A stretch of DNA of 64,000 nt from Tubiluchus corallicola (Eukaryota > Animalia > Priapulida), in assembly GCA_030141605.1 (NCBI GenBank), contig JAQGDQ010000003.1, forward strand, positions 2,108,001 to 2,172,000, in the 5' to 3' direction. The stretch's first letter is position 1. The number at the start of each line of letters is the position of its first letter. A model generated the notes under the pieces. That model made no database searches, was not told the origin of the DNA, and worked only from the letters and a program-made list of their open reading frames with translations. Position numbers and translations under genes: made by a program. Positions 30,762 to 57,100 of this stretch are shown here, piece by piece.

Positions 30762-33700
30762 TCGCTCTCCTCCTAATGTAGTTATTGTGAGGCATTTTAT
30801 AAGAACGCAGTAGAACACAGTACACTTGTCATTGTTAACGCCATGCCGCTGAAAGAATTATATCCATTGAAATAATACTTAAGCATCGAAAATTCGGTCA
30901 TATTTCCACCGGACGATGTCGGTAACTTAAGGGTTGAATTGATGTCCTTCTTTTGCCCAAGTACCATTCACGCAAAATTTCATTGAAATATATGCAGTCA
31001 TTTAGTCGTCCATAAAGGGTAAACGCCTAACACGCCACAAGTTGTTTTTGGAAAAATGTTAAATAACCAACATCTGGAAAACAGATTTGTAAAGCAGCAA
31101 CTACGCAAATGAAATACAAATTGAATAAAACAATACTAATTGAAAAAACGTACTTTATTTTGTAGGCTTCAAAATCGAAAGGCAAGAAGAAGGCACAGCG
31201 TGCCACTTCAAACGTTTTTTCCATGTTCGACCAAAGGCAGGTACAGGAGTTTAAGGAGGTGAGTGTGACAGCTGTTTTTGTCATCAAGGTCACGGCAGCA
31301 CTTTTGTGGTCTAACTTCTTCCATTCAATAAAAATTGTGTGTGACAAGTTTAATTTAACTTTTATCAGCCAAATTTTATGGTTTTTGCAAAGCTATTATA
31401 ATGCTATATAAAATGTGAAATTGTGGCATCCCGTTTTTTCAGTTTGATATTTTTTGTCCTTTTATTTAACAAATAAACACGTATGCTGTTGCCAGTATAT
31501 GACAATAATGGAATACCCTTTGCAAATTAACCGAATGATTCGCTGGAGCAATCACGTGTTTCATCTGTTTATCCGATACACCAGAATAAGCATGTATTGG
31601 ATCAACGTGCAAATTCTAATTTGATAGTGTTTCATTGCCGTAGCATTATAACATTTATAACATTATAATAAATGATGAAAACGAAGAATAAGTTTTACAT
31701 TGAAACCTTACCAGTTTTTTTCTAATTGCTATAGTTGCTGAATCTGCAGTTGCTAGACGACGCAACTTAAAATTTCTTCTCGTGAATGTTTGTATGCGCA
31801 GACCTCGCACACATCTGTCATACTTAATAAACTCGCATTACAAACAGTAACAGTTACATAAGTTACATGATCAACAGTACCATGTCTTAAACTTGTAAAC
31901 AACCAAACTGTAGACCATTAATATGCAAGGAATGCAGCGCATCAGGGGAATGCCTGCCAGATGATGCAACATGTTACGTCTTTGGTCAGTGTCAATATCA
32001 GCATAATCAAGCACAAAAAACGCAGAAATCAATTGTTTATACCTCAATTAAACAGATGGCTATTTGAACGGCACCGGTAATCTTCTTGCAATTATAAATG
32101 TCATGTAAACGCGGCTTGAGGGCATTCTAACAGCGAAACGCCCTGATATGTGGTTTGACTAGAGTGACGTTGACAAGATAACCTGTCAATGAGTGAAGCA
32201 AATGTTATGGAGTGATTACCTACAATTAATAATGAAGTGTTGAGTTTATTGTATTTCGTTACAGGCGTTTACGATGATTGACCAAGACAGAGACGGCTTC
32301 ATAAGCAAAGAGGACTTGGCAGCTATGTACGACTCTTTGGGTAAGTGCAAAAATGACATGATTGATTATATATGTGATTACATAATGTTACAACTAGCTG
32401 GTAAACTAAATAACTGACTAAGTAACTAAGTGGTTTGTTGGACAATTTACCGAATAAGTGATTGGCTGATGACACAGACTTATTGGCTAACTGACTGACT
32501 AGCAGTCTGATTACCTATTTTAGTAATAAATTCAGTAACTGACTGACAAGGTGGCTGGCTGACCGACCATTTGAGTGACTGATTGGCTGAACAACTCCCT
32601 GCTAGACTAATAAGCAAAAGAGCTAACAAACTCAAATCAATCGACAAACCGATAATGCATTGTTTGGTTTATAAATCGATCAGCTGATTCATTATCTGAC
32701 TGAATGATTTATTGACAAACTGCTCAGCTGACTGACAACAGAGAAAGAATACGCTTACAAGGTTATAACAAAGGCGAATTGTTTTGCAGGGAGGCAACCC
32801 AAAAGTGAAGAGCTTGACGAGATGATTGCCGAAGCTCCTGGTCCAATTAATTTCACCATGTTCTTAACGTTGTTTGGTGACAAAGTATCAGGTAGTTAGA
32901 AAACAATAGTAACCATTTTTATCATGTTTAAGTGAATCTTGGTGTTTTGACACTGGTTCGGTGTCCGAGTGGCCTAGATTAGAAATTGCACTAATTAGGG
33001 TTCGAGACCAGCGGCTAGAAACACCAGGACATATTCCACATTTGTTAATCGTTACTCGTTGTTGTTTAAAGATCGTCGCTCAATAGTCGCTAAATAGCCG
33101 CTAGTGCTAAAGTCTGTTAAATGAGAGACGGTAAATAAATGTTGTCTTTATCTTTGACAAGTTTCAAAATTGTTTCCAAAACGTTGAGGACAGGAAACAT
33201 CAGCGAATGTGGTAATGCTTTTTAGTCGCATAATGGCTCTTAATTACAAACGGCAACATAAAGTTCCAGGCGGCTTGAATAGGATGCAAAATTGCAAGGA
33301 AACAAATGTTAAGTAATCAAACACTCGATGTAAATTAATTATATTGACTAATTATGTACAAAATTCCACTTCTTGCAAAAAGAACTGTGACAAACAAGAA
33401 ACTGAATGCCAGAAGGTCCTGGTGAGAAATTATTGCAGTATGTATGAACAATATCAAATTTGGACAAACAATCATTTAGTGAGGTTTACAAAAAACGTAT
33501 ATTATTGAACTAAAAATCCAATAACGAGGGTTGCATACTCTGAATATTCCGTTATTACACTTTCTAGGGTCTGATCCAGAAGATACGATATTAAATGGAT
33601 TTAAACTTTTTGACCCAGATAACAAAGGATTTATCCCAATGAAGCGGTGAGTAGGTCTAAAGCACAAACTTAGATCTAATTTTTTGACATCCTGAAAAAG

Positions 33701-34381
33701 AAGTCGTTCTGACCAAACACACAAATCTTAATTTAACTACATATAGTTATATCATACTTAGCCAAACTTCTTACTAAAAATTTGTCACATTGTTACAGTT
33801 TTAAAGAACTGGTGTGTGGAATTGGTGACAGATTTGACAAGGAAGAGGTAAAAATGCTACTTTTATTTAAATTTTCGTGTCATCTGCGTTAACAACACAC
33901 TAGAAGTTTGTCTGTTTCTCTCCATAAAGTGGCATTGATGTAGCATCCGGAATGCGTATGCGTTATGGGACTGCGGAATATGTAAAATCGGTTTTCATTG
34001 TTTTCAATGCACCCGTCAAACTGATCTGCGTTTCGCGTTATTTTTTCTACGGGTATTTCCTATCGATTTTTTCCGCATGCTACATAACCCCCACTTAAGA
34101 CTGGCAGCTACTGTATAGCTACATTGTACTTCTAAACAGTGTGTAACACTCTCTTTTTATTGAAACAACATTGATCAACAAAAGGCTGGTAGAAAACTTA
34201 CAAAGATCCTAATAAAGGCTGTCACAACTTAGAAATGTTGCTTAATTTCCGCCTTTGAAAATTATTTTATTTCTTCAACTAACAGTTTGATCTGATGGCA
34301 AGAGATGCTCCCGTTAAAGAAGGAAAGTTTGACTATAAAGCGTACACACATACATTGTGTCACGGACAAGAGGATTTGTAA
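26332..34381 (+). CDS. Myosin regulatory light chain (EF-hand), about 165 aa
   Basis: Exons: 26332-26334 (ATG|gtaagt); 31166-31258 ([31 protein letters not shown]); 32265-32340 ([18 protein letters not shown]); 32790-32891 ([16 protein letters not shown]); 33568-33646 ([16 protein letters not shown]); 33799-33847; 34286-34381 ([17 protein letters not shown]). The ATG-only first exon is inferred; the rest is unambiguous. Confidence 0.95.
27550..27655 (+). mobile_element. Internal fragment of the same MITE family as 33925-34098
   Basis: Shares TTTTCATT.TTTTCAATG.ACCCGT and GCGTTATTTTTTCT...ATT.CCTAT.GA.TT with the 33925 element. Confidence 0.55.
30090..30345 (-). mobile_element. Helentron/DINE-1-like non-autonomous element (HINE-type)
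   Basis: The - strand begins CCTGCCAAGGAGGTTATGTTTTCA, followed by a (GTTT)n microsatellite and a core TTACGCAAAACTACT...CACGAAACTTTG. This layout is typical of HINE elements (recognised from memory, not searched). Confidence 0.5.
30697..30770. repeat. (CT)n microsatellite
   Basis: About 35 CT units with few interruptions. Confidence 0.95.
32400..32740. repeat. Degenerate (GACT/GGCT/AACT)n tetranucleotide low-complexity tract in an MRLC intron
   Basis: Recurring ACTGACT, TGGCTGGCTGAC and CTGACTGA units. Confidence 0.6.
32955..33140 (+). mobile_element. tRNA-derived SINE
   Basis: A box TGTCCGAGTGG (32962-32972), B box GGTTCGAGACC (32999-33009), then a non-tRNA body ending in a TAAATAAAT tail. 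Confidence 0.65.
33925..34098. mobile_element. MITE with terminal inverted repeats (PIF/Harbinger-Tourist-like)
   Basis: Left end TAAAGTGGCATTGATGTAGCATCCGGAA; right end reverse-complements to TTAAGTGGGGGTTATGTAGCATGCGGAA; TAA flanks; central CATTG...CAATG dyad. Confidence 0.7.
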
Positions 34382-37300
34382 GCACATCATCTTTCATCAT
34401 TAGCACCAGCAAGACATTACATCTGTTAGAGTGGTCAGGCCATGGAGGGCAAGCAAAGACGAGAGAAGAATTTTCATTTCTCATAAAAACTATTATCGGA
34501 TGAAATAATTTAAAAACCACTCGAATATATTAAATTTGTTCGCATCAACGTAGTGTAGCTACTATTGACATTAAAAATGTGGTAACTGTAACGTAGTCTG
34601 TATGAAGATTTACAAGTTATAAATTGCGTAATTGCTGCCGACATCTTCTGGTAGCCACTGGAAGTTTTCTCTGTCATTCCTTCATCATTTTCTCTTCTTC
34701 CTTTCACGTGGAACCAGTGGCTAACAGAAGATAACAGCCAAACTTTTTTGTAAAATTTCCTTCACAGTGAAGTGCCGGGAGTGGGAAAAACCGCTTTGTA
34801 ATAGAACAAGTACTTGCCCTTACGTGTTGTATACAATGGTGAATTATGATATGTGGAGTGTTTTGAGAAAATGATGAAAATTTTATTCAGTAAAATATGT
34901 ACCTGTGCACAGTAATATTAACGTTTGGTTATTATTTTTCTTGTACACCATTTGTGTGTTGTTACTGTAAAATATCCCAAAACAAGAGCACGAAGGGCAC
35001 AAGAGCACAAGAGAACAATTCTACCTACATTGAATGGGTTACCACACGTGAAATGCACGTACTACGAACAGAATACGTTCGCTAATAAATCTTAATCACA
35101 AAGTTTACCGACAAAATAATGCCAAGACCGCTTTGCTGAAAGCAATCAGTGCTAAGGTTTTCACGTAATATGATAAGAAAGCTTGCTGCACGGTTTTAGA
35201 ACTTCTGAAAATGAGCTTGTCTCCTCAACACACATTTAGGAGAGAGAGAGCAGAACACTACATTTAAGTGGCAACAATCTCTACAGACAGAAAGGAGAGA
35301 AAAGTGCAATAAAATGCCCATCTGTACTATAGCTAGTCTTGTTGGTGAAGCCTGTCAAATTGCAGAAATTACAGCAATCAACTACCATTTTTTCAAACAT
35401 TAAAATATACCATTTATTTGCAGACACTTCCCGTATAAATAATACACTTTCCTTTGACTCAGAATTACATTTTATGGACAACACTCACTAGTGATTACTG
35501 TAAAACAATAAAAATATAATAAGTTATTAGATATAAGTATCAGAACATGTTGGTATCACACACATGAAGTATCAGTTTCTAAAATGTTATGAGAAAAAAA
35601 CATACAAAATTTTACTTGATAATAGCACATCTTGATGATAGATTCATCTCATAAATGCCCAATCTTTCCATGATACTTGCAAAGATCCTAAAAACCCCAA
35701 TCATGTAAGTCTATGGTGCAATAATGAAGATTTGTTAACGCAGAGAACTCAGAGGAGCATTTACTTCACTCTGAGAATGAAATTTCAGCCTGATAATTTT
35801 CCACCTTTATACTGAAACATGCAATACATATAATAAAATAATATTACACATGAACTATTCATAAAGTTTTTAGATATTGTCACTTCACAGAACCAGTACC
35901 CAATATCTTTGCAGAATTCCACAAGAAATACAACTAGGTATCTAAAGCAAAATTCTCCAAAGTTCTTCAAAATACAATTTCTTCAATGAAATTTTGATAA
36001 GTTACTTAACAGCTTACAGAAACTAGTTTTTTATTTCTTCTACAGTTAATCTAATCTGCACAAACCTACCACTTCTGGATGAACTCTTTCAAGCTGATCT
36101 AACAAAGCCACTTAGCTGTGACATTATTGCACAAGAATTTAGCATCACTACATGATAATAAATTCCCTGAATTAAAAAACAAGACTGTAAAACAAAAAAT
36201 AAATCATTGTAAAATTTTTGATTGGTCACAGTTAATTTTCATTGTGCACTTGTCTGAGTTTTACATTCTGTATATGAGCTTAATTAGAGTGACATGCAAA
36301 GTCCAATAAAAGTCATATGTGTGCTTGCAAATCAAAACCGTCCATAAGTCGGCAAAGTAAAAACTACGTTATGATGCCTCAAGGTAGAATGCACCAAATA
36401 TTTGGTCAAGTGTTTTTGTAAAAGCAAACGCTAAATTTATTGGACGTTTATACTTCAGCATCAAATTATCAAGACTCTGTACTCACTTTTCTGGCGAGAA
36501 ACTAGTACTACTATTGTGGTAAACTTGTATTTTCAAACTCCAGTAGTAGCTCATGGAAACAATCATTTTGCTTGGGGTTTTTTCTGTTGCCAAGCCCAGA
36601 TCTTCGTCAGAAAGAGCCACCTACTGGATTTAAACATAACACTAATGTGTTTTTGCAAAGTCCGTCGCAACTAACATTTAGTAAATGTTTTGAAGAAACA
36701 CGACAAAAAACAATGGCTGACTTTAACAGCGATTTTCTCAAGGTTATGTTTTTCAGTGCATAGCGTGCACCTCAACTTCAACATGGATTAGCTTAAAAAA
36801 TAACACAGAGTGATGAGCTTGGTGTCAAAATGATCCTCATGAAATGGAGGCTCAGGATCTTTGAATAACTGAAAAAGCTTAAATGCAGACTTATGGATGA
36901 TTTTGCTATGCAACCACACATATAACAAAATTTATCAGACCTATATTTAATGTCAATGTACCAAGGGAAGAAAGTCTAACTCTACCAAATTATTACATTT
37001 TTACTATCGCTTAATAAAACTGAAACACCATTTATAAATTCTATCTAAAATGAAAATAAAAAATAGACAGAAACCTGAAGTAGAACGACTGAAAAAATTC
37101 CATCTAAAATCCTTGTCTATTTCAAAGGATAATGATAAATGTCATAAAAGATAACTACGAAGTACGAGCCAAAGAAAGTCATGTCCATATTTTACTTAAA
37201 TATATTTGTTCATTAACTCTCTTCTTTTTCTATTATGCTTAAATAGATATACTCAACACCTTTTCTATATACAGCAGCATAACTATTTTCCTGCAATACT

Positions 37301-37594
37301 CCAAGCATGTTAACCAATATGTACTAAAACAATGATAACAATTCTTTTTAAACATATGACTTCTCATATTAACCGTAGCTATGGTCTCTTAAATTTCTTT
37401 AAATCCACCACAAGACAGCTCTATTCTCTTCTAACATTAAAATGATTATAAATAATAATTATCCATAAAATCAGAAAAAACAGCTACACGAATCAAACAA
37501 CGACGATTTTGAAACCAAACGCATCACATACAAAGACCAAAATAACTTAACTGCTGGAGCTAATTAATAGAGACTGGTGCTAACTGAATAACAT

Positions 37595-50853
<13,259 letters not shown>

Positions 50854-51120
50854 CTTGAATATAATACAACAAACAGCCTAATTTAAATAAAATTTTGAAA
50901 TTGGAAAGTTTAAAAGAGACAAAACACTAAAATTCTGCTGTACTGCAACAGTTACAGTTGCCATGTTTTTTGATCGATTATTGATCTTACAGTTTATTCG
51001 AATCGACACTTGAGGGAAGCACATGTGCACGGCCGGCTCTTCGTCCGCTCACTTCTTCAAGGCCGGTTTGAGGTTGTTTTACTCACATTTTGCTGCTTAA
51101 AATCTATTGACACCGGGAAA
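50854..51120. promoter_or_regulatory. Bidirectional promoter region between FHIP2 (-) and iPGM (+)
   Basis: Divergent ATGs at 50853 and 51121, 267 bp apart; GC-rich patch at 51010-51070. Confidence 0.72.
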
Positions 51121-54100
51121 ATGGCTCAAGTTAACAAAGTATGTTTAATTGTTATTGATGGCTGGGGGATCTGTGAAGAAACAGAAGGTAATTTTTTGTT
51201 GCATTTATCTATTTATATCTAGACTCCTTGATGATACACGTTTGACAGTTCTCTATTCCAAAATTGATCCATATTTTGAGATCTTCACCTGTTTTTCAAC
51301 AAAATGTACTTAGTCGTTATAGTTCTGTTCTTTGTGAAACTCTTCAGACTATACTAAACATTCGCATGTCTGATTCAGTTTGGTTACCTGACAGTAATGG
51401 CAGTCTCAAACCTATCGAATATGTTTGAGGAAAAAGATCTTGGCATTTCTGTGGACAACAGGCTTCACTTACAAGTCACATTCATGATATATCGCAGAAC
51501 GCACACAGCAGATTAACGTTAATAAAGCGTAACTTCAGATACTTGGACACTGGTATGTTAATCAGCTTCTATAAATCCATGGTAAGGCCTATCTTAGATT
51601 ACGCCGATGTGATTTGGAATCCATCTACTAAATATGACATGATTCGTGAGCTCGTAAGTATTCAGCGTCGAACAACTACGACAATACCAGGTATAGCAGA
51701 AAAATCATCTCCTGATAGATTAAGACATTTAGGACTTAACAACACTCAAATACAGAAGACACAGGCAGGATATGATCCAGACATTTAGGATCCTTAAGAG
51801 CATTGACCGGATAGACAATATCATATTATTTGAACTCCAGATACATTATAGGACAAGAGGACATTCACTCAAAATCAACAAGAAATCTGTTTCAAAATGG
51901 GGAAGAAAACATAATTTCTTTGCAGCTCGTGTTGTAAATGAATGGAACAAGCTTCCTGAGTAGTGAGTGCTTCTTCAGTTTCTCAATTTAAATCTCGAGT
52001 TGATCAGCTCTGGGCTAATCACCTGGAGAAATACATTGATCCTAGACTTGTGCAATGGCAACAAGATGCTTAGATTTTTGAGGAACCTGACACTATTAAT
52101 TGTACAAAGAAGAACACACTGATACTATCTTCCGGATCGTATCTTTAGCACCACCACCTAATAGAAAACTTAAAATAAATAAAGCATCCAGAGAAGATTG
52201 GAGGGGTAAAAAGCAGTCATTTTTGCTTAACCCTTATCCATGTTGTAAGTTACCAAATTAGGTCTTGGTATAAGAAGTGCCACCCAGCTATCTCTTCCTG
52301 CCATTCTTGCATGAGCTAGTGGTTCAGCTTCTTTAGTACAAGAAATCCTTTCTAGAGTTCCTACCTCTAACACTTGTGCTGCATTAGATTTAGCAAAATC
52401 AATCTGGGCAGAAAAGGTTGAAGCATTTGTTATGACTTTACCTGATTTAACTTCCCAAAAGTTCTGGGATAAAGCTTTAATTGAAGCATCTTTTGATAGT
52501 TTGTTTGCCAGGACTTTGTGAGGTTGATAAAACATGGTTATCAGCAATATCTTCTAGTCATGTTGGTGCATGACTTCAGGCCTTACGTATCCCTTCATTG
52601 GGTCTGCATTTAGATGTTAATCAATTGCGTACTGCGGTTCTTCGATTAAGTGCATATATTTGCATCCTCATCAATGCAAATGTGGAACTTTTGTAGATAG
52701 TTCGGGGGTCCGTGGCCTAAGTTGTTTAAAAAGTAGTGGTCGGTTTTCAAAAAATCAGGCTGCCAATGATTTAATTTGTCATGCCTTAACCTCTGCTCTT
52801 GTTGCATCAGTATCAGAGCCCACTGGTTTGTCTAGGTCAGACCGCAAAAGGCCAGATGGCATGATTTTGATCCCTTGGGCCAAGAGTCGCTCTCTTCTTT
52901 GGGATTTTCCTTGTTGATACATTTACACCCTCGAATTTCGCTGGCTCAGCTAGTTACGCTGGTTGTGCAGCTCAATTAGCCGAAAACAGAAAATATACAA
53001 ATGCCAAATTTCAATTTTGTACCAATTGCCGTTCAAGCTTTTGGCACGGAAGGAAAAAATTTCTTAGCACTTTAGGCAAACGAATTCAATGTGCCATGGG
53101 GGGGGGAGACTAGGTCTATAAGCTTTCTATTCCAGCGCTTATCTGTTGCCTTACAGAGAGGTAATGTGATAAATGTTACTGGAACAATCCCTCCATTAGA
53201 AAAGCTTGAAGAAATTATGAACCTCCTTCAATATTAATATTTCACTTATTGACCTCTTATACTTGACTGCAGCAAAAATCAGGAGATCACTTCACGACAA
53301 AACATTAATGACGTATCTATTTTACCACTTTTTAAAATCTACTACTCATTTTTACATTGTAATAATACTTGTAATATAGTATTTATCCTACAAAGGCGAC
53401 CGTATAATATCGGGATACCCTCTGGATAGCTGGATACTGAATAGCCTGTTGTGGAATTAGTGCAGGGTGAGTCATGTTGGGCTTGTCGTCAGCCACTAAG
53501 AAACAACACTAATACATCGTCTACTTACCAGCTACATTGTCCAAAGTTTTTTTTAGGTCTTGCTCCCTGAAATATTTTTAATTGTACAGCGCCTTTGGTA
53601 AAATACAGTTCGATAAGGTTAACATTCGTTTTTAATAATCTGTGACATTTTCTAACTTCTTGTCTAACTTTTCCTTTGCAAGTTAGCGGGCTTCTTCACA
53701 ATGTCAATTGAATTCCCTTTTGTTAGTCATGTAGAATGTAGAACGGCCTTCTGAGGCAGTCTTTGACAGACTTTATGCATGGTATATCATATGATGTTAA
53801 TGTTAGCTCGTGTATGATGATCTATTGTATTTTTTTCTCACGGGGTAAAAAACGTTCTACTAGTCCACCACAAACCAGCATGATTTGGTTAACCAGGCTG
53901 TAATAGCTTGGTTATACAACCAGAAATACAACATTTTTCTTCCTTTAGACACATATCCACTTTCTCGACACCAAAGCATCTATTCTACTGCTTGGTAAAT
54001 TAATAATTATAGAATCTCAATTGAAGTTTTTTGATTAAGATGAATTTATAGTGACGGTGGTACTGTATTTTGTAACATTCAATTATGAGCAGGTTCTCAT

Positions 54101-57100
54101 GGATTTTCCAACCTTTCCATCTTTTCCTGTCAACATTTTGCTGCTTTGAATATAGATAACTAGTTATTGACTACATGAAGCCAATGTGTCCTGATAAATG
54201 TATGATTTGAATCAAGCGGAGAAGATCTAGATTACTTATGTTACAGACGTGATAATAACTGCACAGTAATATGTACAATTGTATAAAAAATATAAATAAC
54301 TGTGTGTTGTTCATATAAAATGTTTATTACAAATTTATTGTGTTTAGGGAATGCGATTTACCATGCTGATGCCCCGGTAATGAAAGCAATGTCACAAGTA
54401 GAAGGCAAATCTGTCACGCTTGATGCTTCTGGTTTGTCTGTCGGTTTACCTCGTGGTCTCATGGGCAATAGTGAGGTGGGCCACATGAATTGTGGTGCTG
54501 GTCGTGTCTGCTGGCAGGTAGTACTTTGAAGACTGTTTGGGACTGTTCTTTTTGCCTATTTTGGTACTTCTCTAAAGTTGTGTTAACTAACACCAAACTA
54601 TGCCTGATAGTTAGAAAAATCAAATGGAAATATCATTCTCACACTGCATTTACAAACCTGGCTTATGTAATATGCAGTATGTATACTCGTGGCTCTGGCT
54701 TCCTCTACTGGCTATTTATAACTGGCTCAATATTGTGATCTGCACATATCTGCTAGCTGCTGCCCTAGGACCTTTAACAGGAAGTGATCTGCAGTATAAA
54801 TATATTACATGCTTGTCGGCTCTGAGTGAGCTGGAATAGTCTTCACCTTGAACTTTCAATTTTAAAATTTTTTGACAGTGAAAAATTGTTCCTTCTCTTG
54901 CTTTGCAGACATAAAGAGCAATTTGAACCATCAGTATGCTTCAGCTCTTTTTTCTATATAGAAAATTCAAGTAATGACCACTATGTAAAACAAAAATTTC
55001 ACTCAGCTAATGCATTTTCCTAAACGGCATCACATTCAGACAATAAGATAAATCAGTAGCGATTACTGTCGGCCAGTTCATAATTATTTAACAGTGTCGT
55101 TAGACCAACGCTAGAAATCTTGTAAGATCATACTTTCAATCTAATGTTTGAAAACCAAAGTCTGTAGGTGTGTCTCAAAACATTCAGTTAGAAAACCGGA
55201 ACATGTCTATATGCCGAAAATACTGATTCATATGCAGCTGCACTGTGCTAATGCATTTTATGTGACAATTGTACTAAAACATGCTTTTACGATGCTGCTG
55301 TTTATTATCACTTTAGGACATTGTGAGAATCAATTTAGCAGTTGAAAACAAGTCCCTGTATGACAATGAAGGTTTTGTTAATGCATGTGAGAGAGCCAAG
55401 AGCGGCACTGGAAGACTTCACTTGCTTGGTTTGGTAGGTAATCAAACTAAATACCAAGAATTAGCAGTTTAAATATTTTGTGCCTTTTGAAAGTGAGGTA
55501 CATTTCATTTGTGTACATTTTTAATACTTTTCATTTCGTACTTCTTTTATATGAAATAGCATATCTAGCACGTAATTAATTCACATGCTCTTTAACCAGA
55601 ACTATATTTGGTACTGTATAGGTTATTTTAAAAATTCCAAACAAACTGACAAATAGGTATTGTGTAATGACACAGTGTGATTTTGTACACCTCATTAATG
55701 ATTGTTTTAACTTTACATGCATAATTGGATTGATCTATATCGTCATGGACAGCAAGTTTTTTTTGGTGCACATTTGTACTATTTCTGACTGTTAATTATA
55801 GGTGTCTGATGGTGGTGTGCATTCCCACATTGACCATTTGTTCTGTCTTCTAGAAGGTGCAAAGAAAAATGGTGTGAAAGATTGTTTTGTGCATTACTTT
55901 GGTGATGGTAGAGATACAATCCCAACTAGCGGAGGTGAGGATTTAAAGATAATTTGCAAATAAACTGCTATGAATTGTTGTTACTGTACATAGCAAGTGA
56001 TAGTGATTGCACATTAAAAGATCATCACTCTATTACATATTAAAATATCATTATTTCATGCTTTAAATAGTTGGCTACATCAAGCAGCTGCAAGACCATA
56101 TAAAGAGCATCGGTTATGGCACCTTAGCGACCGTGGTTGGTCGTTATTATGCCATGGACAGAGACAGGAGGTGGGAAAGAATTAAGATTGCATATGAATC
56201 CCTTGTGCAAGGAATTGGTGAGAAAACCACACCTGAACAAGTTATCAATGTAAGAGTGTCTAAAACTAATTGTTTTGCTAAAAGTCTAAGTACGAAGTAT
56301 TGTTAGATATTTTTGGTTTGACTCATTTACATATTTATTATAAAATTTCCTCTGTAGCTTTCTGTAGTTTTTTAGAGGCTGTAAATATGTTATTTTTGCC
56401 TGTTTAACTACGTTTACTTGCTGTGAAAAACAAAAATTTTAATAAATGAAGCATAAGAATTTTGCTCCATCAGAGAATAAATGACTGCCTCACTTATCCT
56501 TTCTTAAAGAGACCTTAGCAACTACATATACCTCTTAACGGTTATCTTTATATTTAACTTTGTGCTTTCATTAATGACTAGTTAGTCTTTCTATTTGAAG
56601 CAATTGGCAAATAGTAGTTGATCTTAAAGCATTGAGGTACTTCAGGTTCTGTATTTAAATCCTCATTTTCTTCACCACTTTTAATAATTTTTAAAATCTA
56701 AACTTTTGCATCGTTAACGAACCATTAGTTCTACTGGTTTTAATCATGTGTATTAATTAAGCAGAGAGACAGTACTCTGTTTCCCATTGATGATGCACTT
56801 GTTAAACGATTTGCATAAACGAGTGCATATGTTATTGCCATAAATTAGAGGGCAGCATCACTTTTGTTTTACCAAGTAATTTGTCAAGCAACAGCTCATT
56901 GTTAGAAAATTTCCCATTTGGTAGGCTGTTATAGTATTCAATCACGTCAGTCCTAAATTTCAAGAGGCAGATTTAATTGTTTGTAATGAGTTGACCCAGT
57001 TAATTATTTAAAGTATTTTCAATTATTTATGCTTCTCTCAATGTAAGAATCAAAATTTAGGGGTTAAGAAAAGAATAAGGACTAAACTGATTCATTTCTT

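Noticed and set aside
32955-33020. tRNA gene
   Set aside because: A and B boxes are present, but there is no proper cloverleaf or acceptor stem and it continues into a SINE-like body.
52227-52547. 106-aa ORF on the - strand
   Set aside because: Antisense shadow of the CRE retroelement encoded on the + strand.
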